The notes beneath the pieces are model-generated. The model was not told the DNA's origin. It searched no databases and saw only the letters and a list, made by a program, of their open reading frames with translations. This document shows, piece after piece, positions 1-10,749 of a stretch of DNA of 64,000 bases. The DNA is from Catajapyx aquilonaris. Its lineage: Eukaryota. Positions within the stretch are counted from its first letter, which is position 1; the number at the start of each line of letters is the position of its first letter. The stretch spans positions 1 to 64,000 of the forward strand of contig JYFJ02001425.1 of assembly GCA_000934665.2 (NCBI GenBank), in the 5' to 3' direction. The translations under genes were made by a program, and so were the position numbers.

Positions 1-786
1 CATGACAACACGCCAGCTCACACCGCGATTGCTGTGCAGCAGTTTTTGACGTCTCGCAATATAACAATTGTCCCTCACCAGCCTTTTTCCGCCAGCTGTA
101 ACTCCCTGCAACTTCTTACTCTTCCCGCAAATGAAAACTAAGCTTAAAGGGACACTCCACTCAAAAAACAAGTTTGGCTCTAAAAATCGGGCAAAAAATC
201 CAGAATCCAACGGTGCAATTCGTTTTTCGCTACGCGGAACGGTAATCCCAGGGTGAGGTGTCAAAGTGTGTCATCTGCTAATGAGCGGCGGCGCCACGCG
301 GGGAACAGGGGAACTGGAGGGCTGCACCGCTCAGGGATGGACGGCAGGCAGGCGGGTGCAGCCCTCCAGTTCCCAAGATCCTGGCCTGGTGGACGGCCAG
401 CTTCTAGCGCACTATTTGAATTTCCCCACTTTGACCACTCGCCCTGGGATTACCGTTCCGCATAGTGAAAAACGAATTGCACCTTCGGATTCTGGATTTT
501 TTGCCCAATTTTTAGAGCCAAACTTGTTTTTTGAGTGGAGTGTCCCTTTAAAGGAAGAAGATTTGTCTCCGTAAACCAGACCCACGACCAATTGCAGGCG
601 GTAGGCCTACTGATAGCCTTAACAAAAAATTACTTCCAAAAAGTATGCCAATCGTGGGAAGAGCTCTCGGATCAGTATCTTTATTCCAAAGGGGACTACT
701 TCAAAGGTGATGGAGGGAAATAAGGTGTGCGGTAATCTAATATTTCAGGGAAAAAATCTGTTCGTGAACTTTTGGGTAGCACCTCG
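1..786 (+). mobile_element. Degenerate mariner (Tc1/mariner) element, 3' part, interrupted by a MITE; 5' part lies outside the window
   Basis: Translates as HDNTPAHTAIAVQQFL...VPHQPFS/(frameshift)PAVTPCNFLLFPQMKTKLK, [insertion 148-547], GRRFVSV...FQKVCQSWEE...SKGDYFKGD*. These match the mariner HDNAxxH, YSPDLAPxD and GxYFE motifs. Ends ...GTAGCACCTCG followed by TA (787-788). Confidence 0.9.
148..547. mobile_element. 400-bp MITE with ~120-bp TIRs and TTAA TSD (Kolobok/T2-MITE-like termini)
   Basis: TTAA(144-147)|AGGGACACTCCACTCAAAA...TTTTGAGTGGAGTGTCCCT|TTAA(548-551). Removing it restores the mariner frame KLKGRRF. Confidence 0.9.
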
Positions 787-864
787 TATGCAACTCTTGC
801 CAAGTTATGGGGTCCAATACCAAAAAAACGGGTGAACCAGAATTTTATTTGCAAGGTTCTAGAG

Positions 865-1224
865 CAGTGGTTCTTAACCTTTTCGGGCCTCTGCACCCCT
901 TTGAAGACAGTTGGACCTTGTCGCACCCCCTATACCAGGGGTGATTAATTACGTTCTAGTTAGAGGGTGCACCTTGCTCGGCAGGTCGGGGAACGAAGGT
1001 ATGGTACAGTACCAACCCACGGAAATTATGATACTTCCATCAATGAAATAGTTGAACATGTCGTAAAGGGTTCTAGGGCAAAATTTCATAGAGAGTCAGC
1101 TGATTTCTTTTCCAGGCTAACATTGATCAACTGAAGAAGTATGAGGTGGAATTGACTCGCCTTCCAGTGGTACAGAACATTGTACCTAACAGATGTGAAT
1201 ACTCTAAAACACTGGGAACCACTG
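865..1224. mobile_element. Possible hAT-type non-autonomous remnant
   Basis: Termini CAGTGGTTCTTAACC... and ...GGGAACCACTG. The 8-bp flanks (TTCTAGAG / TATTAGGA) share only the NNNTAGNN pattern and are not identical. Confidence 0.4.
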
Positions 1225-1240
1225 TATTAGGAGAAAGCCA

Positions 1241-1557
1241 ATAATAATAATAATAATAATAATAATAATTTGATACCCCATTATCAGCCTACGGGCTTTC
1301 CTAGGGGGGGATTTCTCCCAATTTTTTGTCTGGAACTCTTCCATTTTTACTACTTTTTCTCATCGGAATGAAGGAGGGATAGGGAAGGAAGGAAGCGGCT
1401 GTGGCCTATGATTACGGTAACGACCCCGGAATTATCCTGCAAGGACCATGGGAAACCACAGAAAACCATGGTCAGGGTCGCCGGCCTCCGGGATTCGAAC
1501 CCAGGACCTCCCGATTAGCAGTCGGACACCATACCACTACACCACTACTGCTTCGGT
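1241..1557 (-). mobile_element. tRNA-derived SINE, full length
   Basis: Minus strand begins ACCGAAGCAGTAGTGGTGTAGTGG (A box) ... GGTTCGAATCC (B box) and ends in an (ATT)n tail. Flanked by the perfect duplication ATTAGGAGAAAGCCA (1226-1240 / 1558-1572). A second copy lies at 6524-6826. Confidence 0.9.
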
Positions 1558-1925
1558 ATTAGGAGAAAGCCACACCTATACACCAAATTTTACAGGATCC
1601 ATGTCAGTTAAATAGTCGTTTACCGCTGAAAAATTGGGCCCCTGAGTTTTAAAATATTCAGGGAAAAGGCGAAAAGCCCTGTGAACATTAGCATATTTAA
1701 ACTAGCGACAAAATACAAATGTATGGATAAAACAGCAAAAGATCTATTGATTTAATTCAAAGCCAAAAGTGTACATAAGCCTAAATCAGATTTCTTACAG
1801 CAACTCATGTAGGCTGTCATGTCACATCTTTCTATCATTGACGACAATAACATGGCGATTCCATTATATAAAAAAGGATGCTATCCATGACCACCAGCAT
1901 ACTGTGGTACTTACTTAATTTTTGT

Positions 1926-2288
1926 TTAATGGCCCTTCCTTTTTCTGTGGCGATTTAAATTTGACTTCACGGTGAACTTGGCATCGCAAGTCGAGCAGTG
2001 GAAGGGCCTTTCCCCAGTGTGTGTCCTTGCATGCACAATGACCTCATACGAGGTTGAGAAACACTTGCCACATTCCTCACACAGTACGGGTCTCTCCCTC
2101 TGATGTACTTTGGAGTGGTGTAGTGTTAGATGATACTTGTGCTTGAAGCTTTTTTTACAGTCTTCACAGGTGTAGGTCTCCCCACAGCATTTTTCATGGG
2201 CTTTCAGATTTCTCCAATGAGAAAAGTTTAGTGTGCATCCGTAACACTGGAACTGAATTGTTGTTGTTATTATTATTGTGTATTGGTC
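1926..2288 (-). CDS. Terminal exon with four C2H2/C2HC zinc fingers (probable last exon of the HMG-box gene)
   Basis: DQYTIIITTTIQFQCYGCTLNFSHWRNLKAHEKCCGETYTCEDCKKSFKHKYHLTLHHSKVHQRERPVLCEECGKCFSTSYEVIVHARTHTGERPFHCSTCDAKFTVKSNLNRHRKRKGH*. Canonical HTGERPF linker, no ATG of its own, acceptor ctctagtag|. ATTAAA at 1751-1756 (minus). Confidence 0.85.
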   Translation of the reverse strand, partial: DQYTIIITTTIQFQCYGCTLNFSHWRNLKAHEKCCGETYTCEDCKKSFKHKYHLTLHHSKVHQRERPVLCEECGKCFSTSYEVIVHARTHTGERPFHCSTCDAKFTVKSNLNRHRKRKGH

Positions 2289-2371
2289 CTACTAGAGCAG
2301 GTAGTGACAATCAATACAATTACCTAAATCTAGCTGCTTTGTCCATGTAATTAGTGCAAAGTTACCACTTA

Positions 2372-2425
2372 GGACCAGTTGCACGAGAGCTGGTTTCCTC
2401 TCACGAGCTTTCATACAACCGACCC
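2372..2425. mobile_element. Tiny PIF/Harbinger-like MITE remnant
   Basis: TTA|GGACCAGTTGCACGAGAGCT...AGCTTTCATACAACCGACCC|TTA: imperfect TIRs with a 3-bp TTA duplication. Confidence 0.45.
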
Positions 2426-2648
2426 TTAGAATGTGAAATATCTCAAAGAGACTGTAACATGAAATTGGACAGTACAGTCACCCAAGAAAGTAAATTTATA
2501 TTTTCGTTCCTATAATTATTTTTTAATGCCTTTTTTTTTTTTACACTCCCCACTTTGCACCTCATTCTCTTCTCCCATCCTCTCCCCACTATTAAGTGGC
2601 AGTATTTCTGGCTCTGATTTAGAACTGTGTTACATACTACAGGATAAA

Positions 2649-2919
2649 CCCTGGAACTGTGACGTGCCTGAATGTTACGGCAACCGTGACGTGGGGTCTT
2701 TTAGGACCCCATCCATATTTGAATTTTTATTAATTTTTATATAATACTTTTCAATGTATTGACTATATGCAATCATTCTTTGAACTATGCCTAAAATGAT
2801 CACTAGTTCAAAATAAACATTCACTTCCTGTTATATACTTTTTAAATGGCAACAGTTCATTGTAATTATCATTTTAATTCCTTTGGGGTTCTAAAAGACC
2901 CCACGTCACGGTTACAGGG
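2649..2919. mobile_element. piggyBac-like MITE
   Basis: TAAA|CCCTGGAACTGTGACGTG...AACCGTGACGTGGGGTCTTTTAG versus CTAAAAGACCCCACGTCACGGTTACAGGG|TTAA. CCC/GGG ends with a degenerate TTAA site. Confidence 0.7.
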
Positions 2920-3334
2920 TTAAACATGAAAGCTGACATACAGAAAGTTTCTCGGGTGACTACACAACTTGTGAACTAATTAATTACACATATCTTTCCC
3001 ATTTATGAACAGTGGCAGTTATTTTATGTGACTGAAACATCTGATTCCACTTGCAGATCATTCTGCTCACTTTTCAAGATTGCAGTATACTCTGGATAGA
3101 CTTTGTCATCTCAAATTAGTATCCATCTGGCATCTTAGGTGCAGACTGCATGCATTAAGACCAATGACAAAATAATTGTGCCTGCTAGGGTTGGTTGTGT
3201 GGGATACCCTGGTAGATACTGCCTTCATGTGGCGAGGCTCTGTTAACCAGGGGGAGAGGAAAGGATGGGTGAAAGCCAGGTGAAAGGATGATGCATCTAC
3301 TAGGGTCAAAAGTAGAAATGATTATGTTATTTAC

Positions 3335-3415
3335 CATAACCTTGACAGTGCCTTTGGAACACTTTTTTTTCCGCATCAAGCCCTTACTTTCATGTGCCGC
3401 CTTTTCCCTGTACAC
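3335..3415 (-). CDS. HMG-box gene coding exon 3 (VYREKAAHESKGLMRKKKCSKGTVKVM); donor position uncertain
   Basis: Acceptor ctttatttcctttag|GTG in phase 0 completes HMG helix 3 (EDKM|VYREKA). Candidate donors after 3341 (gttatg), 3335 (gtaaat) or 3388 (gtaagg). Confidence 0.7.
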
Positions 3416-3579
3416 CTAAAGGAAATAAAGTAAGCTTATAGCAAAATAACGGAGATCAAAAAAGCAGCAATTCCTAATGCTACACATTTACCAATTTGAT
3501 ACAATTATCACAAAATGTCAGTATTCTCATAGTGGTGGACATGCAAGGAAGTATGTTATATTGCACTTTTACGCTACAC

Positions 3580-3580
<1 letters not shown>

Positions 3581-3639
<59 letters not shown>
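3581..3639. repeat. (TAT)n microsatellite abutting the mariner TIR
   Basis: About 19 perfect TTA/TAT units. Confidence 0.95.
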
Positions 3640-4378
3640 CGATGGCCATCCGGAAAGTAATACCAGTTTGGCAACACATCAAAACGCACGCTTTCAAGGT
3701 CATCCACCTTCAGTCACTCCTTTAGCTTCAGTTTTATGCAAGTTTCGCGTCAATTGCATTAATTTTTGCAGTTCTTGTGAATGTTTTAAGATATAAATGG
3801 AATAAGAGAAATTCCCGCTGGCTGTGGAGTGGAGTTTTTTGGGACTGGAGCAGGGTCCTGCTTGTGGAATTCTTGTCACAAGGCACAAGAATTTATGGAA
3901 AGACATACTGGCCAACACTACAGTGGGGCCTTTATTGTCGGAGGAGGGGTGTTCGTGCACGCATGCTGCTGTCATGACACAAACCTTGCTACACAAATTT
4001 GTCACAGGTTTTGTGGACCATACAGCACATGTTCCATAACTGGCCCAAGTTATTCTCACTCATTGAACGAATTTTTGGATGGCATGCCATTTTAAACTGA
4101 AGGAGTGAAGGATGATGCAGTTCTGGAATGGTCATACGGACGGGCAGTCGTGGAGGTCTATGAAGGAGCTATACAAAAACTTGTCCCAAAATACGACAAG
4201 TGCCTCAATCATGGTGGTGAATATATGTAAAAATAGCGTAAGGTATGCCCAAACGTGCCACATCGGGTACCAAGAGTTAATAATAGTTATTAGCACTTGT
4301 GCGTACTAATATTTCCATTTCAGTGTGGTTTAGTTTTTTAAATAAAAGAAACCGGTTTGACTTTCCGGATGACCCTCG
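3640..4378 (+). mobile_element. Internally deleted mariner element in an intron of the HMG-box gene
   Basis: TA|CGATGGCCATCCGGAAAGT...ACTTTCCGGATGACCCTCG|TA TIRs. Relic peptides VFWDWSRVLLVEFLSQGTRI and IQKLVPKYDKCLNHGGEYM are typical of mariner transposase. Confidence 0.9.
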
Positions 4379-4431
4379 TATATATTTACCCCCTTGGGTA
4401 CACCATATGGAAAGTCAGTATGCCGGTATAC

Positions 4432-4515
4432 CATCTTGTCCTCAGAGGACAGAGCCTTCCATGCCTTGCTGACCTCCTGAGAAAGAACCCCAAAGGCAGT
4501 TTCCGCTGGCTGAGT
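4432..4515 (-). CDS. HMG-box gene coding exon 2 (TQPAETAFGVLSQEVSKAWKALSSEDKM)
   Basis: ctaacttctccattgcag| ... |gtatac, phase 0-0. HMG-box helix 2/3 signature SxxWKxLSxExK. Confidence 0.85.
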
Positions 4516-4916
4516 CTGCAATGGAGAAGTTAGCATGTAATAAGGATGCATGCTCGCCACAATAAAAATTGGCATCCACACTACGATGCTAGTAATAAAA
4601 AGTGCACAATGAATCGGCCAGATTGAGGCAGGTGTACCAATATATCTGCAAGTCTTGCTAGCTGAAGTACGAACCACTGGAATTTACTTCACAATTTTCA
4701 ATTACATTGATTCACAATATATTGCCCTGTAATTTAAAAGGTATCCTGTAATTTAAAAGGTAAACATATGATACAAAGTGTAACTTATTTCTTCTCTCCC
4801 TCCTCAATAAGGTGTCAAGTGTTCAATTCCCAATAATTCTGGATCCCTTCTTCATTTCATATGAAACTGGAGGTTAATAACATCACCATCATCATCATTA
4901 TAGTGGAAATAATTAC

Positions 4917-5000
4917 CTCTCTGTGTTCTTTGAAGAACACATTGTAGCCTGATACTACCGAACGTGCTTTCTTCTTCTTCTCGGTACTCTTATTTTCCAT
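4917..5000 (-). CDS. HMG-box gene coding exon 1 (MENKSTEKKKKARSVVSGYNVFFKEHRE)
   Basis: ATG in AACATGG context, basic patch plus HMG helix-1 motif SGYxxFxxExR, donor |gtaatt in phase 0. Confidence 0.85.
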
Positions 5001-5199
5001 GTTCCCTGGTTCCTTGCACTCCACAAAATAATAATGGTGAGTGAGGATTACCGAACGTACTCATGGGTTCAGTCAGGCTGTGTTTGTTATGACGAGGAAG
5101 TAAATAATTGATAAAGAACGAGCTGAAAAGCAAGTGGTACGGATCAGATATGATACCAGGATCGTCGTTTGCGACGCAGACAAAATATTTACCTTGGAA

Positions 5200-5470
5200 G
5201 TGCTTGGAAGGTAGGAAGCTACATGCATTTTCCTCTCTAATTAAAACAACACTAGTTTAATCATCAATATTGATTGGAATGTGCTGCACGTCAAATATTT
5301 TTAAATATCGGATTGTCAGATAACCGTCCGATAATATTGTTAAGCGACTGATGCGCCACTAGACGGACGAATGCGGAAGTTGTTTGCCGCCATTTTCCGT
5401 CTTTTCCGGTTGCCGTTCATTCCTGCCAGGGCCCCCGGAGATATTTTTTGGCCGTTGAGTAGTGCGCAGG
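5200..5470. promoter_or_regulatory. Probable bidirectional promoter (HMG-box gene / PC4) and PC4 non-coding first exon
   Basis: Divergent genes. ETS-like CGGAAGT (5374-5380) and YY1/Pho-like GCCGCCATTTT (5386-5396). Donor CAGG|gtaagg after 5470, with a matching acceptor tttattttacag| before 5997. Confidence 0.55.
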
Positions 5471-6009
5471 GTAAGGAAGAGTTGTTCAGTCTCAAAGGGT
5501 CTGCTGGTAAGGTGCAGGAGGGTTGGAAGTGGCCGAAGGATGGTGGCGAGTCGGGTGGATGCCCGGGTGGATGGCGGAACCGATTTTTGGGGGATTCTAG
5601 GCTTAATGATTGAGGGGGGCAGTTATTTTCGTTCCATTTGTGTCATGTCGGCACAGAGTTGGGCGGAATTAAATTTGGTGGAATGCACGAAGCGTACAGC
5701 CTAGAGAAATCAACGAAATTTTAACTCGATTTAATTTAATTAAAATATTAATTTAATACGGTTTGTACAGTTCAGAGAAGAGTTATGAAATTAATTGGTA
5801 TGTCAGTGCCTGTAGTGGCACAACTGGCAGGTTAAGAAGTGCAATGGTGCATAGGAACAAAGGTCAGTTGCAGTTGGCACATTGCAGCATTTTAGATGCA
5901 TTACCATGTCACTACTTGTTCCGCGGGTAGGCCAACTTCTGTGCAGCCCTAGATGAGTATGATGTGCATTGTCAGTTGTGTCTTTTTATTTTACAGTTGC
6001 AGTGTCAAA

Positions 6010-6081
6010 ATGCCGAAGTCAAAGAGCAAGGCAGCTGTGGAGTCTGACTCTGGAAGTTCTTCCGACTCTGGACCTGAAGAT
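6010..6081 (+). CDS. SUB1: PC4/SUB1 transcriptional coactivator (Ssb-c31a homolog), coding exon 1
   Basis: MPKSKSKAAVESDSGSSSDSGPED|gttagt; Ser/acidic N-terminus typical of PC4. Confidence 0.93.
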
Positions 6082-6114
6082 GTTAGTGCCTTTTGCTAGA
6101 ATTTATAATGGGTA

Positions 6115-6942
6115 CAGTTGAATCTGGATATAATAGGCTCGGCTGTAACGGACTTTCGGTTTATAACAGACTCGAAAGGCCAGTCCCAGCAAACTTCTAT
6201 AAGGCCCTGTGTATTTTTATTCCTGATATTTCAGACTCATTTTCACCTCACGTCGGCTATAACAGACCATTCCTTGGCCCCTCAGCAGGCTGTTTTTAAT
6301 TACTTAGGAGCTAGCTTCCTTTCCCACGTGAGGAAAGCACTGCATGCTGGAGCGGGGGTGATTTTTCCACATGTCACTGAGCTAACACTTGCCGAAAAGG
6401 TCAAAATAATTATTTTTCTGGTATATTTGGTGAGAACGGGGCGGCAGAAGAAAATTACAAATGTTTTTGTGTCTTGCCTAAGTTACGGGTGAGCTAATTT
6501 TGCATTTTTGTGGATAGTTTTGTTAATAATAATATCATACCCCGTTATCAGCCGGCGGCTCTTTAGGGGGGAGTTTTTTTTGTTTTTTGTTTTGACTGGA
6601 ACTCTTTCTTTGCATTTTTACTTCGCTTTTGGGGATAGGATAGGGACGGAAGGAAGTGGCTGTGGCCTATTATTTTAGGAAACAACCCCGGCATTTACCT
6701 GGAAGAACCGTGGGAAACCACAGAAAACCACAGTTAGGGTTGCCGGCCCCGGGGATCGAACCCAGGACCTCCCGATTAGTAGTCGGATGTCGGATACCAT
6801 ATCCCCTCCGCCACCACTGCTTCGGTATAGTTTGCATATAGTGTGCATTATAGGCATATGGAACGCTTATTTATAGGACAGACCTGTTATAATTGGCTTT
6901 TTTCTGTGGTCCCTTGAAGTCTGTTATATCTGGATTCAACAG
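6115..6942. mobile_element. Tigger/pogo-like MITE carrying a nested SINE
   Basis: TA|CAGTTGAATCTGGATATAA ... TTATATCTGGATTCAACAG, with internal repeats of the TATAACAGAC subterminal motif. Confidence 0.7.
6524..6826 (-). mobile_element. tRNA-derived SINE, second copy
   Basis: Colinear with 1241-1557 (GGAAGGAAG.GGCTGTGGCCTA, GGGAAACCACAGAAAACCA, GAACCCAGGACCTCCCGATTAG, CTGCTTCGGT). Short tail; partial TSD ATAGTTT. Confidence 0.88.
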
Positions 6943-7382
6943 AATTAGGATTATTTAGACTAACTTTTACACAAACATGTCAGGAGCATATGACGATGTT
7001 TTTACAGTCGAGTAGCTGTGGACAAGTATTGAGCATGTGAGACTGCTATTTTGGACCTATTCTTTTTGCATGAAGGAATTTTCTCATTATCCATCTGGTC
7101 CAAGTTCTTACCTTTCAAATGCTATGTATTTTTTGCACATAGAGCAGCAAGGCAGTATAAATAGGGGATAACCAGATTATTGCCAAGTGTAAACCAGTTA
7201 TGACATTCTTATGAACCAGAATTATTTCTTGCAATCACACAGCAAATTTTCAAACTATTTCAATTCATCTCTATGCACATATTGCCCAAGAAAGGCTGAC
7301 TGGTGTTTGTGATCTTTCCTGATATTTTCTTTTTCTTTTGGCAAAGTGGATGAAAAATGTGTTGTGACTTTTGTGCTTTTAG

Positions 7383-7590
7383 AGGAACCCTCCTCCATCC
7401 AAGAAGGCCAAGCCTGGTGGGCGGTCAGGAGAGGCCTCAAAGCGGGGGGTTGAGAATGAGGATGGGGAGATCTCATGGGAGCTAGATAAGAACCGTTTTG
7501 TGAAGGTTCGAGACTTCAAGGGGAAGACGTATGTGGACATTCGGGAGTACTACATGAATGCAGAAGGGAAGCTGATGCCTGGAAAGAAGG
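7383..7590 (+). CDS. SUB1: PC4/SUB1 coding exon 2
   Basis: RNPPPSKKAK...SWELDKNRFVKVRDFKGKTYVDIREYYMNAEGKLMPGKKG is the PC4 ssDNA-binding domain. ttttag| ... |gtgaga, phase 0-1. Confidence 0.97.
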
Positions 7591-8494
7591 GTGAGAAATG
7601 ATTTTATCAATAAGGATAACAAAGGGATTTTTTTTTTTTTTTGCTCTGCACTGTAACATTAGCTTGTGCAGTGTAAAATATTCAATGCTAGTGAAAATGT
7701 ATGGATCCTTCATTTACTGCTGCATTCAAGGTGCACACCAAATATTTGCATCCTGAAAGACTTGTACTAGGATTGTTTTTGCTGTAACTGCAGTAGTTGA
7801 CCTAGTGGGGTCTAGGGCCTAATGGCCGACCTGACCCTTCAAGTCCCTATCTAAGTAATTGACCTAGTAAGTCATTTCTAATCACATTAGATGAAAAAGT
7901 GAAACTCCATTATGTCCTGTTGCTTTTGAGATTGTCATATTTGCAATTGTGTAATTATTCAGATTTATAAGTGCCACAGTAGTCAATAGGAATTGTCAGC
8001 ATTTAAAATTTCAGACAATCACAATGGTATATGATGACTGATTTTTAGAGCTGCCTACTACAACTACAATCAGTGAATGTATGAGTTGTTTTTGGGCTGG
8101 CACTGCCATGAAACTCTTCAAGTAAAGGCACACCTAATAAGCCAAAGACAGGTCAAAATGAGTTGTCTTGGCTCCATAACAAGAGGAGTAAATCTGGGAA
8201 TCACATTTACTGCTACACAAATTTAAACTACAAAAATTGCTCTTTCTTGGAATAAGATTCATGAAGGTAGCCACTTTTGGCCACTACATCCTCCTATCCA
8301 CTGTAACCAGTATTCCACAGTCATTGATTTCATTCATGTAATTTTTAGTGAATAATGAGCCATTTTAAAAAGATACTCGATTTATACCAAATGCTTGAGC
8401 AATAACAATTCTCTGACATTCCTGGTGCTTCTTGCCGTAGTTTTAAATTGCACTTTTAAACGCGGATTCTTTGTAATTGCGTATAACTGACTAT

Positions 8495-8641
8495 CTGTTT
8501 TCATCAAACATTGTTAGGAACAACCCTTCACTGAAAATTAAGAATAAGGCGGTTCGTGGCATAAACTGTTTTCATCAAACATTGTTAGGAACAACCCTTC
8601 ACTGAAAATTAAGAATAAGGCGGTTCGTGGCATAAACTGTT
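8495..8641. repeat. Perfect 71-bp tandem duplication
   Basis: CTGTTTTCATCAAAC...GTGGCATAAA starts at 8495 and again at 8566, followed by CTGTT. Confidence 0.95.
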
Positions 8642-10364
8642 CTGGAGCAGATCCTTACATTTTGACACCTATGGCAATCACTTGAGAGGGTGCAAAGGAA
8701 AAGAACATTCCGATGCTATGGCCCTATACTTTACTTGAGCCACAACATGATTCCTGCTGCACCCTATGAAATCATGCAGATGTTTTTCTGAGCTGTGGCA
8801 GGGAGGTTTATGGATTGTTCAGTGATGAACCAAGCAAAATATTGTGCTACTTTGGTGTAAACAAATGTAATAACTTTGGTAAAGTGGCTTGTTGTTGAAC
8901 ATTGTCAGAGTGTTACCAGCATTTTTGGAGAACCTCGAGTAACTGCTTGTTTTGGCTTGTGGGAATTTGCCTGCTTCAGTTTATCTGCATTGCGACACGA
9001 ATCTCCCTGCATTTTACGAGTGAGAAAAATATAATTATCTGAAGTGTGCAGTAAAGTTGTCTGCAGAATACTTTGTGCCGTGAGAGTGTACTGCAACTGC
9101 AGTAGTTTTAATGGAGGCGGATGAGTAACTCTTGACCTTACTGCACATTGGAAATGTAGTTTTTTTCCTGACCTCAACATCATTATTCTCAGATATTCAT
9201 TTAGGATAGTGAGGACAACATTTATGCCATCCATATTTATCAACAAGCTCCCAGGAGCATGCCAGATCTGTAGCCCAATGTGACATTTTACAGCCATGGG
9301 CCTCCCATTGTGCATATCCCTTCTTGCCCTCCCCAAGGGCACAGAGCTGAGGAACCCATTTTCATGCTGAATGATTTTATAAGGGCTCCAGATCTGATGT
9401 GCCATCAGCAGGTTGTTTTCGGGTTATGTTCCCAAGCAGCAGTTGAGCATCATGTACCTTAAAGTACTCCTCAAAAACATAGACAACTTCTCATATTGCA
9501 GCTATGGCCCTGTGATCTTGTGTCAAGGCCCAAAGGTCTAGGATGACTGCACCTTGCTAATTTCAACTTTGTATTATGTGGGTGAATAAGAACACTAATA
9601 ATTGTTCTCTCTGAATGAACTTTGTGTTGCATATTACTCTCTGCCACACAATTTTTGTTCATGGCAATATTTCAAACCTGTTTCCATGTTCCTTAGGCCA
9701 CTTGTTACTCATAAATGACCATTCATTTTGTATGAACATGGTTATGCTACTGGAGCATCGACTCAGAAAATTAGAAGCTTGTGATCCTCAATAGGTTTAA
9801 TAACCTTGGGTCACAACAGACACAAGATGCTTACCTGTGTTCTTTGATCCAAGCCCATGATATTCATAGTCAGCATTGGTAATTTTCATTAGTTTTTCAT
9901 GACACACCTACCCGAATCCCATGTGTATCCTGCTGTGCCATTGTGGCCGGGAAGGCCAAAAAAAGGTGCCATGTCCACTCTTACTTAATCAAGTGTGAGA
10001 TCAGTGAGATATGTGCAACTTGTTCATGGAATTTCTTGAAGCAGGAGGCTATGATGATGCACTGATGATCCACCATGCTCAGAGAACGAAAACACACTCG
10101 CCAACTTTTCCTGAATAGATTTCGTTGTCTCCTCCACTAAAAGTGAATGTGGGTCATGACAACTAATCCTGGAACAGATCCTTTTCAGTGACTGCCCAAC
10201 AATTTGCCCACTGGTAGCTAGTAACTGCTTTCAGCTTCTTGAAAGTGGACACTTGCCTTCACTATTAAATTAAATGCCCTTGCCATTCTGCCCAAAAATT
10301 GACAGCGTTCCAGTAATGTTTAATCAATGTCGCTTACAAACACATGGGTCTCACCTCATTCCAG

Positions 10365-10444
10365 GAATCAGCTTGAACACCATGCAGTGGCAGAAGTTCA
10401 AGGGCCTCATCGACGACATCGATGAAGCCGTGAAGTCCAAGTGA
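10365..10444 (+). CDS. SUB1: PC4/SUB1 coding exon 3 (total 119 aa)
   Basis: cattccag|(G)ISLNTMQWQKFKGLIDDIDEAVKSK*; AATAAA at 10633-10638. Confidence 0.96.
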
Positions 10445-10749
10445 TTTGGGAACAAAATCGTCCTTTCCTCCTACAGCCCCTTTGGCAATAACTAATTGGA
10501 TCTAGCTTGTTGTTGCCATCGTTTTCAATGTATTTTTTTTTTCTTTTTTAATAAGCCGGCATAGAGAGGATGGGTGGGAGATGATGAGTGAGTGAGGTTT
10601 TTTTTGCCTGTAAAGGATGATGTACTGTGTGTAATAAAAAGGATGTTCAGTTTGATCAAACTATGTTATGTATTGCTGATTTGACTTCAGAAAGTAATTT
10701 GAAGCATACGTTGGTAAGCACACACTAAATCAAGAGCATACCAGTACTA

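Noticed and set aside
1480..1557. tRNA gene-like A/B boxes (also 6740-6826)
   Set aside because: These are SINE heads with no complete cloverleaf, followed by SINE body and tail.
3477..3725. ORFs with poly-Tyr / poly-Ile
   Set aside because: They are translations of the (TAT)n microsatellite.
8400..10300. Possible decayed transposase pieces and ORF 8905-9405 in the PC4 intron
   Set aside because: No convincing motif or TIR pair could be read.
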